Source of the DNA: Schmidtea polychroa
Lineage: Eukaryota
Direction of reading: 5' to 3'
Length of the DNA: 64,000 bases
Assembly: GCA_044892525.1 (NCBI GenBank)
Contig: CM097885.1
Coordinates: forward strand, 35,528,001 to 35,592,000
Shown here: piece after piece, positions 1 through 14,849 of the stretch
How positions within the stretch are numbered: position 1 is the stretch's first letter
Layout: each line of letters opens with the position of its first letter
Program-made: the position numbers and the translations under genes
The notes under the pieces: model-generated
Told to the model about the DNA's origin: nothing
Database searches by the model: none
What the model saw: the letters and a program-made list of their open reading frames with translations, nothing else

Positions 1-3000
1 ATGGAAAAAGATAACTTGGTACAAGTTTTCATTACAAATAAGATGACAAATAAATTAATTACCGAAATAAACGGTATGGGTACAGTTAAAATACAATTCA
101 CCGTTTTAATCCAATTTGAGAAAGATGGCGAATTAAAGGATAATTTTTTCTCCAATAACGCCGAAGTTTTTTCATATAATTTTCTAGTAAAGGGTATCAC
201 TAAGTTAAATGAGAAAATAGAAAAATTCACATATTTGGGTAGCGGATGGCGAGTGGTTAAAATCAAAGAGATAGATTTTATAATAAATAAATATAAATGT
301 ATAAATAGATTAGCTGGACATAGTTATATCCCCACCCCAGCGGCTTTAAATTCTAAAAAAGCAATAGTAAACGTCAAAAACACTGACGATATGTGCTTTA
401 TATATAGTATTTTAGCCCTTTTAAAACGTAATGTAGTACATATAAATAGAAATAGAGTTAGTTCCTATGAAAATTATCTTGACGAGTTAAATTTTGACCC
501 TATAAGTGATTGTCCCATGAAATTATGTGATATCCCTAAATTTGAAAGGAAAAATAATGATTTAAATTTATCAATAAATGTTTTAATTTATAAAAAGAAC
601 CCAGCTAAGCCTTCTGAAAACGATGATAGTAACTATATTCCACATCATCCTCAATTAGATATTATTCACCGATCTAAGGTTATAGGTGGTGAACCCATAT
701 ACTTACTTTTATTGGAAGACGGTGATAATTTCCATTATACCGCAGTTTTTAACTTACAAAGACTAATGAATTGTCACTCTAGCAGTGAATGCAGCGTTAG
801 AATTAAAGTTAACTGGTGCCCCCATTGTCTTAATGGATTTAGACATAAAAATGCATTTGATATTCATGTCGCCTTATGCATAAAAAACCAGATAGGAACA
901 ACTCTATACACCCTACCTAAAGATAAAAATTTATTATTTAAAGATTACTCCAAGACAATCGCCCCGCCATTCGTGATATATGCCGATTTTGAGGCAATTT
1001 TACCTGAAGACATTATCCATCATCAAAAACACTTGCCAATAACAGCAGGCATGTTATTAATTAATAATTATAATAACACAAAATTTTATTATGAGTTTGT
1101 TGGGGATGATTGTGTGTTGTCTTTCTTGCGTAAGGTGGAGGAAATTGCGGTCAAAATTGTCCTGCCATATTACGAAATTAATGGGAAAAAGCCCATGCAA
1201 ACCTTGTCTTTCACTGAAGAGCGGGCTTTTCGAGAATCCAGAACCTGTTACCTTTGTAAGAAATTTATTAAAGATAGAGTTAGGGACCATTGACACTTCT
1301 CAGGCAGGTATCTTGGTGCTGCTTGTAGGAAATGTAATGTTTCTCGGCGAATTCAGAGCCAGTTACCGGTTGTGTTTCATAATTTGAGGGGGTATGATCT
1401 CCATCATATTTTGAAATATGGTTTGAATAATTTTCCTTCTTGGGAATTAAATATTATTCCGACTACTACCGAGAAATTCATCTCCCTCATCGCGTACATT
1501 AACAAATTGCCTGTTCGTTTTATTGACAGCATGCAGTTTGTTAATTCATCTCTAGCAAAAGCAGTTAAGACTCTTTCCGATCTGCCTTTAACTTCTTCTG
1601 TTTTTGATGGCGCAATTGTTCGAGCCAAAGGTATCTTTCCATATGACTTCGCTACATCGCTTGAGGTTCTGGAATCGACTCTTGAACTACCTCCGATCTG
1701 GGATTCTGTGTCTATTGATGAGTATGCATTAGCCCAAGTTATTTGGACTCAGCAAAATTGCAACAACATGTTAGACTATATGTTAACATACCTTAAACTT
1801 GATGTGTTTCTCCTCGCAGATTATTTTCAACAATTCCGTGCAAAGGCCATTGCTTACAATGGTCTGGAGCCTCTAAATTTCTATGGCATTCCCGGTATGT
1901 CATGGGCCTCAGCGCTTATGACATTAACGGAACCCATTGAACTTCTGCAGGACATGGAAATGTTTAATTTCTATGAGGGAGGGATACGAGGTGGGTTAAC
2001 ATTTGTTAACAAACATTATGTTGCTAGTTCTGAAGACACAGAACTATTGTATATTGACATAAATAACTTGTATGGATGGGCCTTAAGCCAAAATCTGCCT
2101 TATGCTGACTTTGAATGGGTGTATGATGATCTTGATTCTGTCTTGAATGAATGTATGAATGAGGATATTGAAAATCTTCCATATGGGTATACTCTGGAGG
2201 TTGATATTGATATCCCTCAGTGTGTGCATGATTTTTTGAATGATTTTCCGATTGCTCCGGAAAAAATGTGCCCACCGAACTCCAAAGTTGAGAAGTTGAT
2301 GCTCACGCATTGGCCGAAGAAGAACCATGTTCTTCATTGGCGACTTCTCAAGTTGTATATAGAGTTGGGGGCTATTATTAAAAATGTACATAGGGCAATT
2401 AAATTTAAGCATGCACCCATTTTTAAATCGTACATAGACAAAAACACTAATTTACGAGCCAATTCTACATGTGAATTATATAGGGATTTATACAAATTAT
2501 TTAACAATAGCTTGTATGGTAAATCGGTGGAGAATCTGAAAAAGCGGATGAATTTGAGGCTATGCAATTCAGCTGAAAAGATGATTGTATATGCTTCAAA
2601 ACCTACTTTCAGAAAATCTATCAAAATTGCTGATGATCTGATTGCTGCTCATCTGGATAAAGATTCAATATGTTTAGACAGGCCTAGCTATATTGGTCAA
2701 ACAGTGTTAGACCTGTCTAAACTAAGAATGTATCAACTACAATATGTGGAATTGGCCAAGTACAGGTCTGAATTTAATTGTAATATAAATATCGTTGCCG
2801 GTGACACTGACTCCTTTTTCTTAGAGATAAAGCACTGTAAGCTTGACACTCTTTTGCCGGCAATGATTCGTGCTAATCTTCTAGATACTAGCAATTATGA
2901 TCCTGCTCATCCTTTGTATTCAAAGAGTTTGGATTCTGTGATAGGGAAATTTAAGGACGAAAGTAAAGGTTTAGGGTATAAGGAATGGGTTTTCTTAAGA

Positions 3001-3402
3001 CCCAAGTGCTATAGTTTGTTAAGGGATAAAAATCATTTAAAAGCAAAGGGAGTTCAGCTTGGTAATACTGAGATAGGGCACCAGTCTTATTTAGACTGCT
3101 ACAACAACAGCGTAGTATTTTCGGTACCACAAATTAGAATAGCGACGCGTAACCACCAGCTTCTTACGTTTAAAAATACCAAGATCGCGTTGTCAAACAA
3201 CGATGACAAACGATTATGGATGGGGAAAAATTCCAGTCTCGCATATGGACATTATTTAGGAGTCGATGTTCCAGATGTTGATCAAGTAATTTCATAAATT
3301 CGTTCACTTTTTAGCGGAATGAGTCCAGATTTCAATGATGATGACAATGAAGCCAATGATGACAATGATATTGATATAGATGACGTATTGTTATCGAATT
3401 GA
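1..3402 (+). pseudogene. Protein-primed family B DNA polymerase (Polinton pPolB) with two in-frame stops; 5' end outside window
   Basis: ORFs 1-1293 and 1372-3297 share a frame. TGA 1291-1293 replaces Cys of RDHCHF seen in the A paralogue. Motifs YADFE, FHNLRGYD, YIDINNLYG, KLFNNSLYGK, GDTDS, RPKCY, DDKR. After TAA 3295-3297 the frame continues to an acidic tail DIDIDDVLLSN* (3402) matching the tail of pPolB C. Confidence 0.93.
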
Positions 3403-3467
3403 TCTGTGATTCAATATATCTTTTAATGTCTTAATTTATTATGAAAACTAATAATAATTTGTAAATC

Positions 3468-3675
<208 letters not shown>

Positions 3676-4206
3676 ATGACTTTGTATTTACATAACCCTT
3701 GTTAAATTATTTTATTGTTTAAATAAATGTATGTTTTATTGATTTGTTTAATAATACCCTTGCGACTTGTTGAGTGTGACCAGCACCTTTGTGAACAATA
3801 CTCATAGGGGTGACAGAATATCTTTTCGGATAAACTCAGAGTATATATAATAATAATCCCTGTGTTTCAAAGACCTTTATTTTCATATATTAATATCTCT
3901 TGTCTTGAACTCTCGAATTTCAAATTAACAAAAAATTGAACTTTACATTAAAAAATTTGACCTTGAAAAGCATTTAAAAAAATTTCCACTAGGAGGGGGG
4001 TATGTGATCCAGAGGGCCCCTGATCCAGATGGCCCCCATCCATCTACTAACGCTTAATTTACTTTTATTGACAACATAAGCGTGAGTGTTTTTTTCCAGA
4101 AATTTGTGAGGTTGAATAATTCTAATCCGGTAAGTTTTATTAGCATTACCCATTTTTCTTTAGTTTGACAATATTAAAACCGTTCAATTTGTAGATGAAG
4201 CCAAGT

Positions 4207-5213
4207 ATGAGCAAAAAACGGTCGATTGAAAGTGCAAATCGTTTGTTTCAAGAAAAATGGGAGATTAAATATTTTTTCATTTAAGAAAAAGGCAAAATAT
4301 TCTGCTTAATATGTCGACAGACTATTTCGGTGTGTAAGGAGTATAATATGAAAAGGCATTACGATACGATACAAAATGAAATGTACGAAACTTTCGTTGG
4401 AAAAATTGTTCTAATTAAAGGCATTTCTTCGAGAACAACAAAGCATTTTCACTAAATGAGTCGCAGAAAATGTGGCCGTCGTAAAAGTTAGTTATCGGTT
4501 ATCTCATGCAATTGCATAAAAACCAAAACCATTCATGAAAGGCGAATTCATTAGTGAATGTTTAATAATAGCAGCTGAAGAGTTATGCCCATATATGACA
4601 AATCCAGAAATATAGTTGCTACTAGAGTCACTGACATTGCTTCAAATTTTAGAGGTCAACTTCGTTCAGTTGCGTTAAATTTTGAGATGTTTTCACAGTT
4701 AACACAGTTAGCCGTTTTTATTCAAGGATGTAATGGGAATATGACAATAACTGAAGAGCTATTAGAAGTAATTCCAATCCATGGTACAACAACTGGTGAT
4801 TATATTTTCGATGTGCTTATGATTGCAATTAAGAAATATGATCTTCCAATGAATAACTTGGTATCTTTGGCAACGGATCGGGTTCTTCTTTGAAGGAGCT
4901 ACACGTGGCGTGGTTGGTAGACTAAAAGATTATGTTAAAACACAGAATAACAAATCGTTTCAACACTTGCATTGCATTATCCACCAAGTATTATGCACGC
5001 GGATTAAACCATCGGGAATTTACAACATTGCTGAAAGATGTGGAATCTGATTACGAAGATTTGCCATATCATACTGAAGTTCGTTGGGTTTTGAGTCATG
5101 AAATTTTAAAAAGTATTTTACAATTGTTAGACGAAATAGCACTGTATTTGGAAATTAAAGATTATTACGGTTATGAACTGAAAGAATTGAATTGGATACA
5201 AGATTTAGTTTTT
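4207..5213 (+). pseudogene. Degenerate hAT transposase (SPIN/Charlie/GTF2IRD2-like)
   Basis: Manual translation from ATG 4207 gives MSKKRSIESANRLFQEKWEIKYFF*..CLICRQ..KEYNMKRHY; ORF fragments give QLAVFI..EELL, TTGDYIF, ATD, RGLNHREF, DLPYHTEVRW, WIQDLVF. Several stops and frameshifts; C-terminus missing. Confidence 0.88.
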
Positions 5214-5779
5214 ACTAGATGAGAAGGGGTGCTTTATATCGAACAAAAAATAATGAATAATAAATAAAATATGATATAAAAGTTCTTATTATTAAATATT
5301 TTTTCATATAAAAAAATTTTGTTTTTTGTTTTCTTTATGGTAAATTTATATTTAAGAAACACTCCAAATTGGAATTTTTACTAAAACCAAGAAAACTAAT
5401 TATACGTGGCCTGCATAAGGATTTGGAATACAATTTTCGAAAATCTTGACTCGTATACCGAGTGTAACATGCCTGATCACTTTTGTTAACACGGCTTGAT
5501 AGAAAATTACACGTGTAGGAAATACAGGAATTTCCTAAATTTCCCAACTCAAAACTTTCCAAAATTATAAAAAGTCCCAAAATTAATTTTCACAAAATTT
5601 CCCAACTCAAAAATCTTTTAAACCTTACCTAAATTCTCTCAACTTTACAAGGTTTTTAAAATCAATTTCACCGCAAAACAGGTGAATATACATTTATTTA
5701 ATTCATAAGCGCACCCGCCAGCCGTATGACCAAAATCAAATCAAATAATCAAACAAGTCAGTAAATATTTCATTCAATC

Positions 5780-5930
5780 GATTTTGATTTTCTCGAAATG
5801 CTTCTTGTCCCATCATATCACTGTCATAGTCATCAAGTTCATCGTCACCTAATAATACCATAAATGCATGACTGGTATTTCCCCCACTTATAATCGCTTG
5901 TTATCATTGTTTGACAAGGCGATTTTTATA
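5780..5930 (-). pseudogene. Relic of the C-terminus of another pPolB
   Basis: Minus strand reads IKIALSNNDNKRL*VG..NTSHAF..LGDDELDDYDSD, matching KIALSNNDDKRLWMGKNSSLAYGHYLG of pPolB X. Confidence 0.8.
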
Positions 5931-6140
5931 TTTATATATATTTTTAGCACAGTAATTGTCATTATCACAATCTTGATTCTAATTTTCTCTATAATCAGTA
6001 TTCATCGACAATGTAAATGAAGTAACACCAAAATGTTTGAAAATTGAGTGTGAAGCAGTGTATGATCCATAATATTGAGTTTCAGATTGAAATGTTATCA
6101 GAATTATCTACTGTCCGAAGAGAAATAGATAACACACCAA

Positions 6141-7162
6141 ATGGAATGGAACAACACGATACCTCATGAAAATAACGAAGAAAAGCTCCTAGTATATACA
6201 AACACAGATAAACTCTATCATCCAAATCCTGATGCAGAATTAGATACGACACTTTCAAAGGTTTATCGCAAAATAGTTGAAAAAGAAAAAAGAAAATCAT
6301 ATCGCTCAAACCTATCGAAAAATGAACAAGTCGTGTTAAAATCCCTTAAAAGAAAACCATGCGTTTACTTATCAAATGAAAATAATGGAGACTTTTGCTT
6401 TATAGAGAAAAACCGTTACTATGAAGCTGCTTACGAACACCTCGGCAACATTGACACATACAAGAAAGTTAGCTGCATGTTACCAAACACCATCGAAATG
6501 AAGATCAACAAACGTATGGAAAGCCGTTGCTATGTAAATGGACCTCAATAACAGATGAACGAAAGACCACGTTACAAAAAATTCCGATATTCCCAACTTC
6601 TACCACCTAATAAAAACTCATATAGAGGGTCCTGCTATCAAAAGGTAAGAATTTTGAAAGAACCAATTCTACCTCAAAAGATCTAGGGAGATAAATAAAA
6701 AAAATAAAGAAATATATTTCTTTGAATATCCCATTAATCAGTGACATACTTGACTTTAAGATCCTGAAAGAACTTAAACGCACTGACCTTCCAAGTCATA
6801 TAGTATATAAATCTTGGAAATTGAGAAAAGCTCTGGCAAACAACACAAAAAAAGAAAAATATTGCGCAATGGAAAACTGCCAGACACCGAAAGTTATGTG
6901 CTTTCGAAAAAGCATTGTCAATTACATCAGGTGCAATGAATTCAAAGAAATAAACATTGGAAGTACGCTCAGAACCTTTCACCAAAGAGATAAAGAACAT
7001 CTAGATCCTGGTGGAAAATCCTCGGTATACAGACATCTCCAACAATGTCAACCAAGGAAAGAAAGAAAAAATATTTCAATGGAAATCCAAAAAAATGTCA
7101 GATTTAAAGAAGCAATTCTCCTCATAAACAGGCAACCAACAATCAACGCTAAAAATCAATGA
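6141..7162 (+). pseudogene. Penelope-like retroelement relic (pre-RT region plus GIY-YIG endonuclease; RT core absent)
   Basis: SNLSKNEQVVLKSLK..Y..HLGNIDTYKK resembles the segment preceding Penelope RTs. IVNYIRC..INIGSTLRTFHQRDKEH..SSVYRHL..EAILL is a degenerate GIY-YIG. Confidence 0.75.
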
Positions 7163-7815
7163 AATCATCAGTTTGATTTGTTGTTATTAAACTTAAGAAT
7201 AGCTTTAAAAAAATAAATTACAAATTTAAAAATAATTATTTAAAATAATATAGAAAAATAGATAAAATATACTTTTTAAAGATCATTAGGAATAAAAATC
7301 AAAATAGAAACATATTTTTAAAATATTTAAATTTCGTATCTAAATAGTTATTGGAAACTATATTTTATAAATATTTTAATATATTTTTTATTAAAAGAGC
7401 TTTCTTTGAGGTAATTATAAAAGCTTTTAAAATTAAAATTTTTTTTTGTTTTTCGTTTTGAATTTTAAAGGATATTTAATTAAAAAAATTATTTTTAAAT
7501 TCTTCAAAAAAAAGTTTATTATTTTTTTTATTATTTTATTATTTTTAACCAATGAGAATTAAAGTAAAGGAAATAAAAGAGAAGATCAAAAATCATTTTG
7601 AAAATATAAGAAACCAAATTCTAGGAAATTGACGAGGGCTGTCTTATAGTCGAAAATCTTTTCATTAAATACATTATTCGCTGCAAAAGGAATATTATTA
7701 TTATTATTGTTGTAAAAATAGAAGGAATTGAAATTTGAAAAATTGACATTTTCTTTTGTAGGAGGGGCGCTAGTATAAACATTGTTTCGGGTGCAGTTTT
7801 GTTTGTAAGTGTTAT

Positions 7816-8961
7816 AGTAGGTAGTTAGTAGCTTACGGGAACAATAGGGGGGGGGGTAAAAAATGTTGCAAAATTTTGATTGCATAACTTTTTCCTAGAC
7901 ATTTTTTGATTACATAATTGTTGCCATAATGCCCAATTTTTTCTGGGATTTTAAATACAAATTTTTTTTTTCAATAAACAAGCCAAGGATAAATATTATT
8001 TGGGTGGGTCTCCTTTGTCCTGAGAATTTCAATAGAAAAAGGTAGTCTTCAATAAAAAAGCATGGATTTTTCACACAATAGTGAGGGGGGTCTCGATGGT
8101 CCTGGGATTTTCAATACAAAAAGGCGGTCTCACTAAAAAAGCATGGTAATTTAAGGTCTCAGGATATTTTCAATACAAATAGGTGGTCTACACAAAAAAA
8201 AGCCAAGGATTTTTCGAATTAAATTAAGGTGGGTCTCCTTGGTCCTGAGAAAAAGGTGGTCTACACTAAAAAACGTGGTAAATTTTTAAATTAAAGTAAA
8301 TTATGGTTCTAAAAATTAAATTACAGTAAATTATGGCTCAAATTTTTGAATTACAGTAAATTATGGCCAAACTTTTTGAATTACAAAAAATTATGGTCCA
8401 AAAATTTCAATTAAAGTAAATTATGGTTCTAAAAAATTAAATTACAGTAAATTATGGGTCCAAATTTTTAAATTAAAGTAAATTTAGGTTCTAAAATATT
8501 AAATTAAAGTAAATAATTGTTCAAAATTTAAAATTAAAGTTAATTAAGGGCTCAACTAAGTAAATTAAGGTTCTAAATAATTAAATAATCAATGGTAAAA
8601 AAAAATTTAAATTAAAGTTAAATAAGTAAATTAAAGTAATAATTTTTAAATAAGTAAATTTAAGTAATGTAATAAGTAAATTAAAGTAAGATTTTTTAAT
8701 TTATTAACAAAAAAAATAGAAGGTGTTTGGGAATTGAAATTTTTTAATGAAAATTTTTATGAAATAATTTTTTAAGATAATTTTTAATGGATATTTTTAT
8801 GAAATATTTTTCAATGGTAATTTTTAATGAAAATTTTTATGAAATAAATTTTTTCATTAATTTTTAATAGAAATTTTAATGAAATATTTTTCAATGATAA
8901 TTTTTAATGGAAATTTTAATAGAATAATTTTTAAGATAATTTTTAATGAAAATTTTTATGA

Positions 8962-8965
<4 letters not shown>
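7816..8965 (+). repeat. Left terminal repeat region of C (GGTCCTGGGA/GGTCCTGAGA units, ~30-bp AAATTAAAGTAAATTATGG units, TTTTTAATGAAAATTTTTATG units)
   Basis: Same order of sub-arrays as the D arms; anchor ATAGAAGGTGTTTG near 8717. Confidence 0.85.
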
Positions 8966-8999
<34 letters not shown>

Positions 9000-9186
9000 T
9001 AATATTAATAATATATCAACCAAATACTATACAACACATAAAAAATTAACTAAACACATAAAAATAACTAGACACATAACAAAACATATAAACATTAACT
9101 AAACACATAAAAATGAACTAGACACATAACAAACATAAAAATTTACCAAATAACAAATGTAAAGATATAAAATTTATTCAATAAAA

Positions 9187-12100
9187 TTAGTCCTCATCGG
9201 ATAAAATAACGTCATCGATATCGATGTCATCTTCTCCAAAATCTTCATTTAATACTTCCTCATCTTCTCCATCATTTTCTCCAACATTTTCTGAAACATT
9301 TTCTGCAACAATTTCTCCAACATTTTCTCCAATATTTAATTCACTTAATCTTACATGCCCATATGCAAGACTAGTATTTTTCCCCACCCAAACCCTTTTG
9401 TCATCTTTGTTAGTTAGTGCTATTTTTGTGTTTTTAATTGTAAAAATTTGATGATTTTTGCTTGTTATTTTAGTCTGAGGAACCGAAAAAATCTGGTTAG
9501 TGTTATAACAATCCAGGTATGACTGATGTTTTATGTCACTACCTTTCAATGTTACACCTTTAGCCTTTTTTGTTTCCTCATCACCCAACAAGCTATAACA
9601 TTTAGGTCTAAGAAAAACCCATTCCTTATATTTAAGACCTTTATTCTCGTCTTTGAACTTTCCAATGACTGAATCAAGGTTCTTACTATATAAGGAATGA
9701 CAACTATTGTAATTGGAAGTATCCAATAAATTATCTCGAATCATTGCAGGTAAAAGAACCTCAAGTTTACAGTTAATGACTTCGAGGAAAAAGGAATCCG
9801 TATCACCTGCAACGATATTAATTTTACAATTAAACTCATTGCGAAATGATTCCAGATCCTTATATTGCAATTCATACATTCTAAGTTTAGATAGATCAAG
9901 TACAGATTGACCAATGTAACTTGGTCTATCTAAACATATAGAATCTGAATTCAATAATGCCGCGATTAAATTATTGTCTATTTTAATAGATTTTTTAAAA
10001 GTTGGCTTCGAAGAATATTTAACAAGTTTACCGGCAGTTGTACAAAGACGAAGATTCATTCTTCTCTTTAAATTTTCAACTGTTTTGCCGTATAAACTGT
10101 TATTTAGCAATTTATAATAATTTTTATCTAAGTTATTTATGCTTTTTGACCTTAATTCTGTATTTGTATCTATATATTTTTTAAAAATTGGAGATTGCTT
10201 AAATCTTACACCCCTATTTACACGTGTTACTTTAACACCAAGTTCCAAATATAATTTTAATAATCTCCAATGAATCACATAATTAGATTTTGGAAGATGA
10301 GTTAATAATAATTTTTCAACCTTAGACCCAGCAGGTTTCATTTTTTCAGCAGCTACAAGGAAATCATCCAACTTATCATGAAGCTCAGATGGAATTACAA
10401 GATCAACTTCAAGAGTGTATCCATAAGACAAAGATTCAAGATTTAAATTCCTACATTCATCCATTATTAAATCAAATCCATCAAGAACCCAACTAAATTC
10501 GCCACAAGGTAATGATTGACTTAAAGCCCAACCATAAAGATTATTAATATCTATATAAAGTAACTCGGTGTTCTCGTCGGTTTTTACGTAATGCTTATTC
10601 ACAAAAGTAAGACCGCCTCTTATTCCACCCTCATAAAAGCTAAACATTTCGTTTTCAGTTATGAGCTCAATTGGTTCATTTAAAGACATTAATGCAGAAG
10701 ACCAAGACATACCAGGAATTCCGAAATAATTCAATGGTTCCAATCTATTGTGAGCAATGGATTTCAACCGAAACTGATGAAAGAAATCAGCCAAAAGAAA
10801 ACAATCAAGTTTTAGGTAGATCATCATATAATCTAATAAAGTTACGCAATTAGTTTCTACCCAAATCTCCTGAGCTTTTTCATACTCAAGCTCAGTGACA
10901 CCCTCCCAGATTGGTGGTAATTCATAAGTAGTTTGGAGAATATCTAAAGAAGTGGCGAAATTATAAGGGAAGATTCCTTTTTCAGAAACTATAGTACCAG
11001 AAAAAGCAGAATTAGTAAAAGGCAAAGAATTCAAAGTTTTGACTGCTTTAGCTAAAGAATCATTGACAAATTGATAAGAATCAATGAATCTTAAGCTAAT
11101 TTTGCCTAAATGAGCAATCAAAGAAATAAATTTTTCAGTCGTTATTGGGATGCAACCTAAAGTCCAATTTTTAAATTTATTTAATCCGTATTTAAGTATA
11201 TGATGCATATCGTATCCCTTCAAGTTATGAAATACGATAGGCAAAATTTTATTTATTTTCCTATTTATGTTACAAGTGCTACAAGCTGCACCCAAGTATT
11301 TCCCCGTAAAATGATCGTGATCTCTAACAGGATCGACGATAGATTTCAAACAAAGATAGCAAACGGAAGCACTAAAAAATTGATGTTGTTCAATTTTCGT
11401 TAATTTAATCATAGGTTTCCTACCCATTTTATAATAAAAAGGAAGAACCTTATTTAATGCTATATCCTCTATAGCACTTAAAAAACTCTTGACGCAATCT
11501 AAACCTATGAACTGTTGATAAGATTTAGATTCATCAAAGTTATTTACAAGTAAAAGACCAGCAGATATTGGCATGTGTCGTTGGAAATGAAGATTATCAG
11601 AAGGTAAAATAGCCTCAAAATCGGCATAAACTACAAAAGGAGGAGTTACTGTTTTCGACCAGTCAGTAAACTGCAATAATTTATTTTGAGGGAAAGTGTA
11701 AAGAGTTGTTCCTAATTGATTACGTTTACATAATATTTCATGTTTTTCCAGTGCGTTTCTATTTTTAAAACCATTCAAACACCGATGGCACCATAATGAT
11801 TGTATGCTTGTAGGACAAGTAGTGTTGATACCACAATTCAATAACCTATTTAAATTACTTATAGCAACGTAATGGAAATTGTTTCCTTTATTTAATAGTA
11901 GTAAATTAATTACAGTTCCATTTAAAACTTTGGAACGATGTATAATGTCTAAATGTGGATGTTTTAAAACGTAATTATCTGTTAATTGTTTGCTATTGTC
12001 ATAAGAAAAAACGTTAATTATTAAGCCGGGATTTTTGGCCTCAAATTTTCTAATGTCTTTTAATTTCATGGGTAAATCTAACGGATTATATATTAAGTCG

Positions 12101-13594
12101 GATAAATTATAAGTGGATGTCCTATTTCTATATTGTCTAACAACCTCATCATATTTTAAAATAGCTAAAATGCTATATAAAAAACATGAATCATCGGTGT
12201 TTTTTATATTAATTAAACAATATTTATTTTTTAGATAAGTAGGTAGTTCAATGAAACTCCTACCACTTAATCTACTTAACCTACTTATTTTTGTTATAGT
12301 GAAGTGGATTTCTGTTATATTTTTTATAATCCAACTACTTCCTAACTCTGTAATATTAGTTATTTTCTCATTTAGTTCCCTAATACCTTCATCAAAAAAT
12401 GATGCAGTTAAAAGTTTTGCGTAATTGGAGATATTATTAACCTTTATTTCCCCGTCTTTTTCAAATTCGATTGTTATTCCGAATTGAATTTTGACGGAGC
12501 CTAATTCGTTAATAATATCTCGTAATTTTATAATTAATTGTTCAGGAAATATTATTTCCTTTATATTTAAGTCGCTAGTATTTAAACTTAATATTTGTTG
12601 GGTACCCCTTAGATCTTTTTGTATTATGGGAACATTACCCCCTATTTGTATTATATTTAATCCATCCCAAGAATCAAAGGAATTGAATAATCCGACCTGG
12701 GATTCAACAAAAGGCAATCCGACCTGGGATTCAACAAAAGGCAATTTGACCTGGGATTCAACAAAAGACAATCCGTCCTGGGATTCAACAACCAATCCAT
12801 CATTGGATTCAACAAAAGGCAATCCAGCCTGGGATTCAACCTCTAATCCGACCTGGGATTCAAAAGAAGAAGTATCTAATTTAATTTTTTTATTTGTATT
12901 ATTTTTTTCTATAGTTGAGGGTCTTTTAAAAACACTATCTTTTTTAAAATTAAACCTATCTAAATGATGTTTATGTTTATTATAAAAAACGCTATATGTT
13001 ACAGGGTCACTAGTCTTACATACGGGACATATAAAATATGTTTTATTATAATATTTTTTCGTGTAATAATTCTCCATTATAGAATGGCAATTATTATCAT
13101 GTTCTTTCGATGAACAATAATTTGGATAAAGTATACCTATAAAATAAAAATTTAATAAAAAAAAATATATAATTTAAATGAAATATTTTAATAAATGTTT
13201 ACGCATAAATTTACAAATTTTATTTACTAAAAAATAAAAATTTACTAAATTAAAAATATTAACATTTAATTAAATAAAAAATTATATTAAATTTCCTTTA
13301 AATTATATAAAAAAGTAATCAATACTTACATTGTAAATTTTCATTTCGATTTATTGACACATTGACAAAATTTTTCTCTTTATTCGTATTACCTAAATTA
13401 TTAATTAATTAAATCAATAAATAAAAAATTATGTTTACTTTTTCTTTTCAAATTTCCTTTAATCTTCGATTTTAAATTGTCTTCATTAATATTATCTAAA
13501 TTAATTAATAAATTAATTAATAAATAAATTAAAATTTACCAAATTCCTGAATTTTTCCTCGAACATTCATAACGTTTTCTATTAAAGAATTCAT
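9187..13594 (-). CDS. Intact pPolB, spliced: exons 13594-13540, 13495-13439, 13392-13330, 13136-9187
   Basis: Uninterrupted 1296-aa ORF with exonuclease and polymerase motifs (YADFE, FHNLKGYD, YIDINNLYG, KLLNNSLYGK, GDTDS), an endonuclease VII-like DHDH..C..CN insert and an INIKNTDDSCF OTU-like motif. Three GT-AG phase-1 introns (44, 46, 193 bp) join three upstream exons in frame. Confidence 0.92.
12668..12862 (-). repeat. Coding ~27-bp tandem repeat (VESQVGLPF) in the pPolB N-terminal region
   Basis: Repeated CCTGGGATTCAACAAAAGGCAAT units. Confidence 0.9.
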
Positions 13595-14849
13595 TTTTAA
13601 AGGTTAACTATTTGTTAAATGTGACTAATAATTGATTATTGTTTATAGATTATTATTGTTTATAGGAACAAATTCTAACCAATCAAAATCAAGGAAGGGT
13701 AGGGAAAAATATATTACGTTGCGGTATTTTAAAATTAAAATTTATTTTAAAAACACATTTTGATGTTAAAGTCGAGTTATGTAACAAAGACATAATAAAC
13801 TTATTATTTACTACAAATATTTCACCTATCAAATACCTAACTAGAGATGATATATATTGATTGTTCATAAAAGCAAACTTAATCATAAATTTCTGTATAT
13901 TATTTTGTAAATTATTTCAGTAAATTAAATTTTGTATATTATTTCTGTAAATTATCAAGTAAATTTAAAGTTCTTGATAAGGTTAACTGGTTTCTTAGCT
14001 TATGTTTTTTTTAAAAAGTTCATCAATGTGTAAATATTCTTAGAAAATTATTGAAAAAAAAATATTTAGTCAAATGCATTACAAAGTCATCTAAAATTAA
14101 ACCAATTACTTAATTATTAACATAACAGTCATTAAAAAAAAATTAATTTTTATTTAAAATTTAACAAATTATCAAGAAATTCAATTAAAATCATCATTAA
14201 AACTTTAAATTTTTTAATAAATCAACATGAAATTCTTAGAAATATGAAAAAAAAAATATTATTACAAAGTTATATCCTATCACATGATTATTAACCTGAC
14301 TGTCATTAAAAATAATTTTTATTTAAAAAAAAAACCAATCAATTAAAATGCATCCAATTATCAAGAAATTAATTAAATTTATCTTAGAACTAACTTAAAA
14401 TTTTTAAATATTCATTCAATCCACATGAAATTCACGAAAATGATAAAAATTCACAAAAACCATCAACTCTAAAAAAAATAATTACTAATGAATACCTTAA
14501 ACACCAAAATTTATCTAAATAATCTTTCAAATTAATTCATTAAAATTGAAGACAACACGCTCTATTTTGTTATTACATTCAATTAAAATTAAATAAATCA
14601 AGATAAGAACTTTGATAAAAAATATTATTCTAAAATGGTAAAAATTAACACTGTAGTGTCAAATTAAAAGGTAATTATTCTTTAAATCTAATTAACTTAG
14701 TCATAATTTTCTTTAATTTAACCCTTTATTTACTTAATTTAGTCCTTGTTTACCGAATATAGAAGTTTAAAATATAGACCATTGATTACTTTAATTTAAA
14801 AATGTATCCTTAATTTACATAATTTCAATCTAAAATTATTTCAAAAAAT

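Noticed and set aside
1057..2624. Antisense and alternate-frame ORFs overlapping pPolB and capsid genes throughout the window
   Set aside because: Shadow ORFs of long coding regions with no recognisable motifs.
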